Made by a program: the position numbers and the translations under genes
Notes under the pieces: model-generated
What the model was told of the DNA's origin: nothing
Database searches by the model: none
The model's input: the letters and a program-made list of their open reading frames with translations, nothing else
In this document: in pieces, positions 17,636 through 27,613 of the stretch
Layout of the letters: the number at the start of each line of letters is the position of its first letter
How positions within the stretch are numbered: position 1 is the first letter of the stretch
Source of the DNA: a virus
Direction: 5' to 3' (one strand)
Length of the DNA stretch: 64,000 nucleotides
Virus record (IMG/VR): IMGVR_UViG_3300008116_000011
Coordinates: 96,001 to 160,000 of that record

Positions 17636-18442
17636 TTATTCGTTAAATAGGTCATTAAATTTGTCTGCTTTAGATTGCTTAGCCTGCAAGTTAAAATTTT
17701 GGTCTTGCTTTTTTTCCCAAGGTAAATCACCCTCTTCCTCTTCGTCCTTAGCAACAATTGGCTCTTCAGTATCTTCTTCAGGATTAGCCCATTTTTGGAA
17801 GATTTCGTTCAAGCTCTCATAAGTGTGATGCTTATTAATTGCTAAAATGTCAGGTTGCTCTTCAAGCCAACCATTAATGGCATCAGCATCATCAGAAAGT
17901 GGAGTTGTTTTTACACGTGGGGTAAGGTTACATTTAATACCTTTACGACCTGCAATGTCTGCTTCAACAGCTTCAATGACAAAATCACGACCATCTTGAA
18001 TATCGGTATAATCACCGTAATCTTCATTCATGGCAATGTTCATAAGTTGTGTGTAAAGTTCTTTACCAAATTCCCACAAACGAACACCCATTTGCTCTTC
18101 ACCACGTACAATAACAGGAGCAAATACTCTCATTTTAGGAGTAATTTTCTTTGCCATCTGCCAATGATCAGGATTGTCTGATTTGCGAAGCTTTTGAGCT
18201 GCTTCTACAATTGGATCAGCTTCACCCCAGTTGGTTAGTGCAAGGATAGGTCCTTTTGTGTAGCCATAGTGAAAATAAATTTCACGGAATGGAGTCGATT
18301 TGTTAAACTTAGAAGGAACAATACGAATCTGGTATTTACCAGCTTTTGGTTTCCAGAAAATCTTTGTGTAGTCGATTTTCTCTCTTTTTTCTCCTTTACT
18401 CTGGAAGGAGTCCAGTTTGTTTTTAATTAATGATAAATCCAT
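17636..18442 (-). CDS. Single-stranded DNA-binding protein (gp32-like)
   Basis: FWKPKAG..IRIVP, DYTD..GRDF; acidic C-tail with DLPW. Confidence 0.85.
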   Translation of the reverse strand: MDLSLIKNKLDSFQSKGEKREKIDYTKIFWKPKAGKYQIRIVPSKFNKSTPFREIYFHYGYTKGPILALTNWGEADPIVEAAQKLRKSDNPDHWQMAKKITPKMRVFAPVIVRGEEQMGVRLWEFGKELYTQLMNIAMNEDYGDYTDIQDGRDFVIEAVEADIAGRKGIKCNLTPRVKTTPLSDDADAINGWLEEQPDILAINKHHTYESLNEIFQKWANPEEDTEEPIVAKDEEEEGDLPWEKKQDQNFNLQAKQSKADKFNDLFNE

Positions 18443-18464
18443 AACATTTTTTATTTTGTGACAA

Positions 18465-18496
18465 TAAATATAAGAAATTAGGATTGGGTATCCAAA
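18465..18496 (-). promoter_or_regulatory. Promoter TTTGG-N19-TATATTTA (ssb-uvsX-exo)
   Basis: Exact motif and spacing. Confidence 0.7.
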
Positions 18497-18520
18497 AACG
18501 GTACTGGTTTTATTTTATTA

Positions 18521-18841
18521 TTACATAAGATCCCTTAACCATTGCAATACTTCCCTTAATTCATCATCTTTTAAATGATATATATCTTCAGAAGTAATAT
18601 AACCTTTTTCATCAAAAGCATCAATAAAACCATATTCTAATCCTATACGCTCTAATTCCTCGCGTAAAACATTATAATACCCCACATATGGATCACCATC
18701 CCACTGATGTTCAGCTTTACGAGCTAAATTATTAAATAAATCAACTATACCTAGGAATTGTGGTTGTACAGGTACAACTTTAGCCTCATTAATTCCTGCT
18801 AGTTTTTGCAGGCGTTGAGCTTCTGTGATGTACTGTTTCAT
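18521..18841 (-). CDS. Hypothetical protein with ITEAQRLQKLAGINE leader (candidate head-internal protein)
   Basis: Leader shared with 55403-55729 and 55735-56184; TATTTATA at 18845-18852. Confidence 0.65.
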   Translation of the reverse strand: MKQYITEAQRLQKLAGINEAKVVPVQPQFLGIVDLFNNLARKAEHQWDGDPYVGYYNVLREELERIGLEYGFIDAFDEKGYITSEDIYHLKDDELREVLQWLRDLM

Positions 18842-18852
18842 GGATATAAATA

Positions 18853-19314
18853 CTAGATCTCTACTATCTTGTAGATCTTAGTGTGTACTTTCCTTAAACC
18901 ACCGTCTTGAGTAAGCAATATAGTATTGCGGTGATCCAACCAATTAACTCTATAATTAGTATCTAATATACCTCCGTTTAATTCACGAATTAATGCATTA
19001 AGAGCATTAATTGTATATAATGTATTACTTTCTTTTTTGCGATGCAGCAATATTGTATTGGAAAGAGCATTTTGTGAATTGTTATTCACAATATCAATGT
19101 TGTAAGTAAGAATTAATTCATCTGTATCTGGTGATTCCAATACAAATATTTTATTATATAAAATAGCATAACGCGTAGTTAAGCTATTTAATGTCTCATC
19201 TAATCTGTTGTGCTCAATAAAGGTGCAAAATAATTTATTTCCCGCCATTTCATCAATAAGAATGTTCTCAAATTCATAACTGGTCATAAATATGGGGTGT
19301 TCTAGTGTAGACAT
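18853..19314 (-). CDS. Conserved-looking hypothetical protein
   Basis: NKLFCTF...LHRKKESNTLYTINALN; start uncertain (a promoter-like motif at ~19285 suggests a later start). Confidence 0.65.
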   Translation of the reverse strand: MSTLEHPIFMTSYEFENILIDEMAGNKLFCTFIEHNRLDETLNSLTTRYAILYNKIFVLESPDTDELILTYNIDIVNNNSQNALSNTILLHRKKESNTLYTINALNALIRELNGGILDTNYRVNWLDHRNTILLTQDGGLRKVHTKIYKIVEI

Positions 19315-19320
19315 TATGTT

Positions 19321-20598
19321 TTAGTTTAATCCGTTATAGTTAGTTCCTGTTTTTACTCGTACAGGGTATTGGAGTTTAGCGATAAGTTCATTGATTTTTT
19401 GCGTTTCTTCACGCGATACATCAATAAGCACAGAATCGTATGTGTATAGTATTATACGTGATTTTAATGGTCTAAATTCATTAAATAATGAATAAAATTG
19501 TGTGACATTCTGCGAAGTCTCATAATTCTGAATGTAGTAGTTTAATATTTTTTGTGGGTTAGGGTTGTCAATATCTTTTAGTCTAAAGCGTTTACCAGAT
19601 AGCATTTCAATAAACCCACTATAGTTAATAGTGTCCCATAGATCTTCGGTAAATGCTTGTATATTTTTAAAAAATGGTTTACTTTGCAATTCAGGTCTAA
19701 TACCTCCATACAAATTTTGGAATGTTATTTCTTTAACTTTAGATGTATCGGGGTTGTTTAGTATTTTTCCTATTTGACTATATACACTTGTTTCTTTATC
19801 AAACTTGTAGTCTACAATTGTACCAAGAAGACGCGGATGGTACCCGTTAAAGTCAATTTCAATAAATAAATCGTTGTGTGGTATAAAACATTCACGTTCA
19901 CCATTTTCTTTATTTAAGGCAGCAAAGTTTATACCATTGAAGCTATTAGAAGGGCGCCCAGTGAGAGTAAATAAATTATAAGAAGTGTAAATAACTCCTT
20001 GTTTGACTGAAAAATGCGGTGTAAGGTGGTTTTCATGATACTTAATAAAACATGTTTTATCTAATTTAATACCTTCTTTTTCTATCTTAAAAAACACCTC
20101 GATTGCTTTATTCATAGCATCAGTGTTTTTAAGTAGGTAAGGTTTTACTACATCATAAATATTCTCACAATACTCATAATGTTTAGAGATAGGTATAAGC
20201 TCATTAACATTTTTTAAAGAACCATGCTCACGATAAAAATTAGAGATAATTATTGGTTCGCATTTATCAAAATCAAACCTACTATTTTCTGTTAAAGCAT
20301 AATGAAATGAGGCATCATTAATTTTACCACTAAGAAAATATTTAGTATACTTTGCATCAACAGCATACAATTCCTTTTCGGATAGATATTTTTTAATTGT
20401 TTGCCATTTTAAACTAAGCGATTCACTATGCTTAATACAAAATATATAACCTTTACTATTAAATGGCTTTACATACACAAGTGAAACTTCGGCAATAGCA
20501 GGATGATAATTGTTGTTATTTGTAATTATATGAACAAAACATTTATCAAAGGGAGGTATGTGTTGTAACTGTTCTTCTTTCTCAATAATATAAAACAT
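19321..20598 (-). CDS. Miniature family A DNA polymerase
   Basis: TLTGRPSN, motif A EIDFNGYHPR, motif B KEITFQNLYGG, NYYIQ, motif C YTYDS. Confidence 0.8.
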   Translation of the reverse strand: MFYIIEKEEQLQHIPPFDKCFVHIITNNNNYHPAIAEVSLVYVKPFNSKGYIFCIKHSESLSLKWQTIKKYLSEKELYAVDAKYTKYFLSGKINDASFHYALTENSRFDFDKCEPIIISNFYREHGSLKNVNELIPISKHYEYCENIYDVVKPYLLKNTDAMNKAIEVFFKIEKEGIKLDKTCFIKYHENHLTPHFSVKQGVIYTSYNLFTLTGRPSNSFNGINFAALNKENGERECFIPHNDLFIEIDFNGYHPRLLGTIVDYKFDKETSVYSQIGKILNNPDTSKVKEITFQNLYGGIRPELQSKPFFKNIQAFTEDLWDTINYSGFIEMLSGKRFRLKDIDNPNPQKILNYYIQNYETSQNVTQFYSLFNEFRPLKSRIILYTYDSVLIDVSREETQKINELIAKLQYPVRVKTGTNYNGLN

Positions 20599-20617
20599 AA
20601 CCTTTATCTTTATACAT

Positions 20618-20649
20618 TAAATGTATGTATAAAACTTTAGGTTACCAAA
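20618..20649 (-). promoter_or_regulatory. Promoter TTTGG-N19-TACATTTA (polA)
   Basis: Motif and spacing as in the other copies. Confidence 0.65.
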
Positions 20650-21110
20650 AATTCTCTTAACCCTGGCATTTGTTGATTGGCTTCATCTAACGTTGTTGTA
20701 TTAGGATTGTATTGTATTACCTGATAATCTGAAGCTGATTTATTTGTTAATTCATTGTATGCTTTTTGATCTATTTCTTTTATAAGGATGTTTGGATTAG
20801 TTAAGTCTTTATAGAAATATCTTATCTCACTTCCTTTTGTATTAAAAACAGAACCTGCTTTTGTAGGTAAAGTACCAGCAGCTAATGCACCGGCAGCAGC
20901 TGCAGCAGCTCCTAAAAGATTATATTTTTCTAATGGTTTAGAATTTTCAGTATATGTTTTGCCACTAAAATATTTGTTACCATTTATTATACTGTAGAAC
21001 CCAATGTATGGAAGTTTTGATCGTACAAAACGTAAAGAAATATTTTTTCCAATACCAGTACCATTGGTATATTGATTTTCTACAATTTTATTTTTTGGCA
21101 CTTGAATCAT
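20637..21110 (-). CDS. Hypothetical baseplate-associated protein
   Basis: Last gene of the baseplate operon; start overlaps the upstream stop. Confidence 0.55.
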   Translation of the reverse strand: MIQVPKNKIVENQYTNGTGIGKNISLRFVRSKLPYIGFYSIINGNKYFSGKTYTENSKPLEKYNLLGAAAAAAGALAAGTLPTKAGSVFNTKGSEIRYFYKDLTNPNILIKEIDQKAYNELTNKSASDYQVIQYNPNTTTLDEANQQMPGLREFLVT

Positions 21111-24100
21111 TAGAATACAATTTTAATATCTTTAACACCCAGTACAGATTTTTTTCCTACTCCCGTACGAGTATAAGTTAATGTTACTCCTATTTGTGCT
21201 AGTTTTGCTTTTATAGAATCAGTTGTTATTAAATCTTCGTCTCCAAGTTCACTGTTTAATATATTTTCTATATTTACAAGTTTATTTATTTGAGCAAATG
21301 TTTCTTTATCTTTTATTCTACCTATTGCATTAACTAAACCTTTTTCATCCGTTCCAGCTCCTCCAATTCCAGGAGAGGCAGCTTTGTTAATGTCACTAAT
21401 AATAGAATTTATCTCAGCGTTAGGATCAGTAGGTGATGTATAATTACCAAATTCACCAGCTCTTATACGTGCTAATATGTCTTGAGTATATTCTATTCTT
21501 TTACCTGTTTCTGGTGCCCTTAATACTTCATCATATGTTACTCCATCTAGTATAGTTATGCCAGCGTATCTTTCATAAAAAGCAGCAGCTACAATTGCTT
21601 CTTCTAATGTTTTGGATCTTTTTAATCTATCTCCTGCATTTTTTTCATCCTCGCTAAATTCTTCAATAACAAAATTTAATTGAGTTATTAAACTAGTAGG
21701 TTCTGCTTTAGATAATAATTTTGTTTTTCTATAACTTAACCATTGAGCTATTCCTATTGCTCCTATACTGTTTACTATTTCAGGATTTACTCTAGATTCT
21801 TGAACAAATCCTCCTACTAAAGCAGCTACCTGGATGTCAGTAAATCCTTTATCTAAGAAGAAACGAACTGCCTTTCTTAAATTATTTTGATTTATAGTTT
21901 TAGTACTTAATCGTGCAATAGGTACTCCTCCAGCAGATATAGTAATAATTCGTTCTCCAGGTTTAGGTCCAGGATATTCTTGTTGTTTCCAATCTTTAAG
22001 AACATTTGTTCCTTGTTTAAGCTCATATATAATAGGATATGCTTTTAATGTTGTAGTCCAATCATTATCTTGAATAGTATGTTCTATTCTAGTTACTATG
22101 TATGCTACTCGTCTGTCAGATGTTGATTTATAGCCTTTAGGGATAATATCTTGATTTATAGTGAAAATATTACCTATTACAATTCCTCCAATGCCATCTA
22201 AAGTAACAGATAATTCTGTTGGTATAATTGCTTTAAAATTATTTCTTTCATCAATTCTAGCTAGGTATGCTAAAAAATCTCTATAAGCAAAATTTAACCC
22301 TCCATAAGCAAAGCTAAGATTATCTTTAGCACGTCCTTGAGTAGCTTGAAAATAATCGTACATTTTAGTTAAAAAAGGATATATAAAAGTAACAGGATTA
22401 TCTTCTTTATCTAATTTAATTAAAGAGGTAAAATCACGTTTTGGTATTAATCTATCAACTATCCCATTATTCCATGCTACTAATGTAGCGTTATCATATC
22501 CCAATTTACCAATACCCGTAACATCTTGAGCACTAATCGCTATAATTGACCCCATTTCTGGGAATATTTTAGATTGGAAACTATAGCTACGTACTATGGA
22601 ATTTAGATTATGTATTTGTAGTAGAAAGAGATCTTCTGTTGGTTCTTCTGTATAATTAATATCTATAATTCTTCCAATTGCATTTCTATTATCTACTTGT
22701 AGATCAAAATTATTTATGTTTCCTAAACTATTTTGTATTTCTCTTAAAATACCTTGTAAATATTCTCTAATAGATATTACGCTTTTATTTTGGGTGTCAT
22801 TAGAAGCAACATTTCTAGAAATAGCTTGTGAATATAAGAAATTTATATTTACATAAATATTTGCAATATTACCTATAGATTTTGTTTGTTCTGAAGTAAT
22901 AGGGAGTAAAAATTCATTTATATCTGAGCTTACTCCGGGAGCTTTGGATGCTTCATTAGCTAATGCATCTACTACCTCAGGTATTTCTTTAGTTAGTTGT
23001 TCTTGAATAAGGGTATTTATTGGTACTCGTGTAAGAGCAGATTCCAATAAAGCTTTTATATCTTCACGTTTCCATGTTCTATTTTGATCTCTAAGAATAT
23101 TTCTTCCACCCGCTGGGTCTTCATCAAATCCCCATATTCTATTTCCATCATAATCTTCTATAAATAAATCTTTATATGCTTGGTTTATTTTTTCTTCAAA
23201 AGTAAGAGAAGTAATTTCGGCTCCTTTTTTACCTGTTCTATCAGCTTCTGTTTGGCTTTGATAAAAATAATCAAAAAAGTTTATTGTTTTTGCATTCTCA
23301 GCAAATGTAGAAGAAATAAATGATCTTGCTCCATTTGGTGCAAACAAGAAAGTAGGAACTTGTTTACCGTTAACGTTCCTTACATCTACTTTTAAAATAG
23401 CATTTAATAAATCAGAAGCTAATGCTTCAACATCTGCTGCTAAGTCTCCTGCATACACGTAATTATTGTCATCTGCAGGATTGGTTATTTTATTTTGAAA
23501 TCTGTTAGCTACATTTCCTGGGTTTTCAAATGATCCTTTACTAATAGCTATTAAAATATCATTTTTTACAGATTTAGCTGGGAGTGTTGTGGTTTGGTTT
23601 GATTCTTCATCTTTAGCTGCATTTTCTGCTTGTATTACTAGTGATTGCCAGTTATCATTTCTTACTAGGCAAACTCCTAAGTTGGTAGATATAGAAAGAG
23701 GATTAGCTATACATTTTAAAGAAGAAGGAACTTCAATTGAATTTGAAGGTATAGGAATTTGTGGTATTTTACTTGAATTTAAAAACTCATTAGGCTTATA
23801 TAATGGAAGTTTAGTAAAATCCTTTACTACTTGTTTCTTCTCAGTTAATACTCGACCACTAGCATCCATTTCATATGCTGTTACTTGAGATAAAGGATTA
23901 TTATTTACGCCTTTAAGTAAAACATAGTTATTTAATAAGTCACAAAAACTACCTAAAGTTATATAGGCTTCAGCTAATATATCTTTTCCTAATGGTTTAG
24001 GATATCCGTTTCTATCATTTTGTGTAATAGCTGTATTGTTTGGATTTTTGTATAAGTCATATTTAGTTTTAAAAGTAGGATCAATAAATTGCTCACTAGC

Positions 24101-25018
24101 AGCACTACTAACAGTTTTAGACTCTAAATAAATCCATAATTCATGAAGTAATCCAGGAATTATACCTTGTTCATATGATGTAGCTATTTCTTGATATTTT
24201 CCTAATGATCCTTGACCAAGTAATCCGGAGCCATTTGTATCAAAAGCATATGTGTTAATTGGTACCCAGTTTACTTTTAATGATTCTAATACTTCACCTA
24301 ATGATATAATTGTAGTAGTGCAATCATAACCCCCATCATCACGAGCAGACCAATTATAGTTTGTTACGTACCCTAATAAAGCATCATAATTACCTTTACT
24401 ATCTGTAATTTTTTGGTATATTTCAACAAATGCTTCAGTTAATTCAATATCTTTTTTATTTAAAATATCATATTCAGGTATTATAGGTTTGGCAAAATCC
24501 CAACCAAATTCTAAAAGTACAGTATACCCTGGGCGCATGAATAGTAGTTCTAATTCTTCTAGTTGTCTAACATCCCAAGCAACAAATGATACTGTTGCTT
24601 CTTGTAATGAGCCATAAGCACCTTTATTTTTTACAGATACCCCAGTAATACCGGCCATTGGTCTTATACCTAATCGATATTTTTCACCAGAGGCATTAGC
24701 AGTACCGTATGCATTAGTAGAAAATGCACCTCCTAAACCTGCTTTTAAAGCATATGCATTAGAAATTTCTCCTGTTTTCTCATCAACAACTGAACCTTTA
24801 TATGTTAGTGTACCTGCTTGAAGAACATATTTTTTAGCTAAATCATTACTTACAATCCCGTCTTTGTTCGCAGTATTTACTCCTGAGGTCATTCTAACCC
24901 AGGCACTTCTGGTGTTAAGTTCATGAACAAATCTAGGAGTACGTGTAAATATTCCATTTTGTCTTCTATCTAACTCTTCTTGTATAAATTCAGGAAATGT
25001 TTCGCGAAATATTGACAT
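21110..25018 (-). CDS. Large baseplate hub protein with phage-tail-lysozyme domain and C-terminal annexin-like repeat
   Basis: Hub-like 'YIVTRIEHTI..WTTTL'; lysozyme AALVGGFVQES..GIAQW; GAGTDE..LVNAI. Confidence 0.7.
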   Translation of the reverse strand: MSIFRETFPEFIQEELDRRQNGIFTRTPRFVHELNTRSAWVRMTSGVNTANKDGIVSNDLAKKYVLQAGTLTYKGSVVDEKTGEISNAYALKAGLGGAFSTNAYGTANASGEKYRLGIRPMAGITGVSVKNKGAYGSLQEATVSFVAWDVRQLEELELLFMRPGYTVLLEFGWDFAKPIIPEYDILNKKDIELTEAFVEIYQKITDSKGNYDALLGYVTNYNWSARDDGGYDCTTTIISLGEVLESLKVNWVPINTYAFDTNGSGLLGQGSLGKYQEIATSYEQGIIPGLLHELWIYLESKTVSSAASEQFIDPTFKTKYDLYKNPNNTAITQNDRNGYPKPLGKDILAEAYITLGSFCDLLNNYVLLKGVNNNPLSQVTAYEMDASGRVLTEKKQVVKDFTKLPLYKPNEFLNSSKIPQIPIPSNSIEVPSSLKCIANPLSISTNLGVCLVRNDNWQSLVIQAENAAKDEESNQTTTLPAKSVKNDILIAISKGSFENPGNVANRFQNKITNPADDNNYVYAGDLAADVEALASDLLNAILKVDVRNVNGKQVPTFLFAPNGARSFISSTFAENAKTINFFDYFYQSQTEADRTGKKGAEITSLTFEEKINQAYKDLFIEDYDGNRIWGFDEDPAGGRNILRDQNRTWKREDIKALLESALTRVPINTLIQEQLTKEIPEVVDALANEASKAPGVSSDINEFLLPITSEQTKSIGNIANIYVNINFLYSQAISRNVASNDTQNKSVISIREYLQGILREIQNSLGNINNFDLQVDNRNAIGRIIDINYTEEPTEDLFLLQIHNLNSIVRSYSFQSKIFPEMGSIIAISAQDVTGIGKLGYDNATLVAWNNGIVDRLIPKRDFTSLIKLDKEDNPVTFIYPFLTKMYDYFQATQGRAKDNLSFAYGGLNFAYRDFLAYLARIDERNNFKAIIPTELSVTLDGIGGIVIGNIFTINQDIIPKGYKSTSDRRVAYIVTRIEHTIQDNDWTTTLKAYPIIYELKQGTNVLKDWKQQEYPGPKPGERIITISAGGVPIARLSTKTINQNNLRKAVRFFLDKGFTDIQVAALVGGFVQESRVNPEIVNSIGAIGIAQWLSYRKTKLLSKAEPTSLITQLNFVIEEFSEDEKNAGDRLKRSKTLEEAIVAAAFYERYAGITILDGVTYDEVLRAPETGKRIEYTQDILARIRAGEFGNYTSPTDPNAEINSIISDINKAASPGIGGAGTDEKGLVNAIGRIKDKETFAQINKLVNIENILNSELGDEDLITTDSIKAKLAQIGVTLTYTRTGVGKKSVLGVKDIKIVF

Positions 25019-25023
25019 AACAT

Positions 25024-25323
25024 TTATTGTTGATTTTCAGCATTAAATAATTCTATAACATTATTTAGATTGATTGGTATTCTTAATTGAGTACCAGGTT
25101 CAGGAAACATAGATCCAAATGTAATATTACTATTAGCAACAGATATTACCCACCATAATGTTGGATCTTTATAATATTGATATGATAACAAATCTAATCT
25201 GTCACCTTGAACAGTAACTACATATACGTCACTTTCTTGTGGTGGAATAGGTGGATATTTTTTAGCCTTATAATATTTTACACCTCTAGAAGTTGTTAAT
25301 ATATCAGTTGCATTGTATATCAT
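25024..25323 (-). CDS. LysM-type baseplate wedge protein (gp53-like)
   Basis: GDRLDLLSYQYYKDPTLWWVISVAN...GTQLRIP. Confidence 0.85.
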   Translation of the reverse strand: MIYNATDILTTSRGVKYYKAKKYPPIPPQESDVYVVTVQGDRLDLLSYQYYKDPTLWWVISVANSNITFGSMFPEPGTQLRIPINLNNVIELFNAENQQ

Positions 25324-25326
25324 AAG

Positions 25327-27303
25327 TTATGGTACTATTTTTCCTTCAGGAATTTCTTTATTTCCATTTGCCGTAAATATATCAGTAAGCCATTTATTTT
25401 CCTTCTCTACTCTATCAACAGTAAATGCGGGGAGATTAGCCCAATCCCCTGGAATATTGCTAAATTTATTTGGAAATTTGCGAGGTAAGAAATCATGCAC
25501 AGGAGTAAATGTCATTTGCACAGTCATTACATGAGGTAATTCATACATATTAACACCAGCACCTCCTTCAGGATCATCTATTGCTATTTCCCAAGGTGAC
25601 TTATCATCTATAGTATAAGTTAAATTTTTAATAATTCCTGGTTGGCGATACATGTAATTACCCATAGTGAGTTTCATATATGGTCCTCTCATATTTATGC
25701 CATCATAATCGGGCATTGTGTTTGAGTATAAATAATTTAACTTTTGCCACATCGGTTTCATTTCAGCTTCAGACATTGCTGCTACTTGAAATGTAAATGA
25801 AACATTTCTTTCAAATCCTTTATAGATATAAAAGGGTTCTCCTCTACCTACATAATTCACAGTATTCCAAGTTGGATTAGGATTATCAGATATACTTGTT
25901 AAATAAGATCTAAATATCATCCATGTACTAAGTCCTGGATTAGTTCCATCAACAGCCTCTATTCTAAATTTAATAAGGTCTCTTACGGTAAAGCTCTTTC
26001 CATTTACATTTATTTTGGTATTTGGAGGAGCACCACTTATATATAAAGGGGTAAGGTTAATTTGATCTTGTCTAGGATATTCTGAGTCTGTAGGATTATA
26101 TCCTAATCGTCTTTCAATATTGAATTGTTCTAATGGTAAACCCTTATCAGCATATGACCCTGTTGTAGGTTTATATTTTGAAAATCCTTTAAATGTAAAT
26201 GTTATAGGCCTATCTAAATAGCCTTGGCGGCTTATAGTGCCAGGACCTACTATATCATTATTTGCTTTAACTATATTAGCTGTTCCTATAGCAAAACTTC
26301 CGGTTTGTTGGTTAATTGCATTTATTAAATTATTATAAAGTTTACCTGCCTCTGGGTAATTTATAGCATTTTGATCAATCTGGGAGGGTTTATGTGTGAG
26401 AGAACCAGTAGTTATATTATTATACTCTAAAATTTGATCTCGATTCCAATCAAAATACTCTTCAGAAACACCTTGTGCTAAAAAATAATCAATATCAGGA
26501 ATAGGACGTCTAAATTTAGAAGCCATATTAGAAAGTGATACAACACGAGCTGTACCTGTGTCTACAAGATTAGCAGTAAACCCAGGAAGGGAAGCATCAA
26601 TAGGTAAAACTCTACGTCCACCACCATATTGATTATATTGTTGATTTCCTAATGTATTATAATATCTTGGTATAGTAGTTCGTCCTATACCATCAATAGA
26701 TCCAGGACCGCTAACATATTGATTAATATTAACAGTAGTATTATTACCTGCTGCTACTAATTTATCTTTTAATAATACTAATCTATTATTAGCTCCATTA
26801 GAACCACGAGCATCATTAGCAACTACTACATTTTTATATAATTGACCTTCATTTAATACCGGTAATAAACCATGTCTAGTAATGTGACCACCAAACGCTG
26901 TAATTGGTACTTGAGCTAATGTATTGATACCTAAATTATAGATACGAGTAGGACCTATTTTACCTAATAGTTGTCCTAAAGCATCTGTTCTAGTTTCAAG
27001 TTGAGGATTTGATAATTGTAATCCTACTTGTTTTGCTATAAATAAAGGTCCACGAGGTGGATCAACAAGAAATTTTCCAATACGGAGAGTATCACGAGCA
27101 GAAGCTAGTGTAGCACCAGCAAAACCACCTCTGATTAAACCATTATCTGAGTTCCATATAGTTGTAGATGGAACTTGTTGTTGGTATGGTGGTGGTATTT
27201 TTGTAGTAATATATGGCTCACCACTACTACCTCCTCCTGGTTGATCATTTCCGTATTTAAGACCTCTTAATGCAGTTAATCCAGCTTGTGTAATTATTGG
27301 CAT
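25327..27303 (-). CDS. Baseplate/tube-initiator protein
   Basis: C-terminal 'YVGRGEPFYIYKGFERNVSFTF..PYMKLTMGN' resembles contractile-tail tube initiators; position after the tape measure. Confidence 0.6.
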   Translation of the reverse strand: MPIITQAGLTALRGLKYGNDQPGGGSSGEPYITTKIPPPYQQQVPSTTIWNSDNGLIRGGFAGATLASARDTLRIGKFLVDPPRGPLFIAKQVGLQLSNPQLETRTDALGQLLGKIGPTRIYNLGINTLAQVPITAFGGHITRHGLLPVLNEGQLYKNVVVANDARGSNGANNRLVLLKDKLVAAGNNTTVNINQYVSGPGSIDGIGRTTIPRYYNTLGNQQYNQYGGGRRVLPIDASLPGFTANLVDTGTARVVSLSNMASKFRRPIPDIDYFLAQGVSEEYFDWNRDQILEYNNITTGSLTHKPSQIDQNAINYPEAGKLYNNLINAINQQTGSFAIGTANIVKANNDIVGPGTISRQGYLDRPITFTFKGFSKYKPTTGSYADKGLPLEQFNIERRLGYNPTDSEYPRQDQINLTPLYISGAPPNTKINVNGKSFTVRDLIKFRIEAVDGTNPGLSTWMIFRSYLTSISDNPNPTWNTVNYVGRGEPFYIYKGFERNVSFTFQVAAMSEAEMKPMWQKLNYLYSNTMPDYDGINMRGPYMKLTMGNYMYRQPGIIKNLTYTIDDKSPWEIAIDDPEGGAGVNMYELPHVMTVQMTFTPVHDFLPRKFPNKFSNIPGDWANLPAFTVDRVEKENKWLTDIFTANGNKEIPEGKIVP

Positions 27304-27578
27304 TATCTAGGTAGATTGTCTGTGTATTTTTTTCCAGCTTGGTTTCTATAAGTACTTGTATTCAAAGCATCTTCAGAATCGAGTGCTGTTGGGGCAGGCT
27401 TTGGTGGAACAAACCCAGCACCAACACCATTAATGTTAGGATTTCCGTCAAGAGAGTAAGTATCATGACGTGATCCTGGAGGATTTGGGTTAACCTTAGA
27501 CATCCTATTAGATGGTACAGGACCACCTCCCCAGCCTAATTTGCTTACGCCGCCAAATAATAAATTAAGTAATCCCAT
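27303..27578 (-). CDS. Hypothetical tail protein
   Basis: Pro/Gly-rich ORF with its own TATTTATA motif at 27601-27608. Confidence 0.6.
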   Translation of the reverse strand: MGLLNLLFGGVSKLGWGGGPVPSNRMSKVNPNPPGSRHDTYSLDGNPNINGVGAGFVPPKPAPTALDSEDALNTSTYRNQAGKKYTDNLPR

Positions 27579-27613
27579 ATTTGTTGTATTTTATATTTGA
27601 TATAAATATTAAA

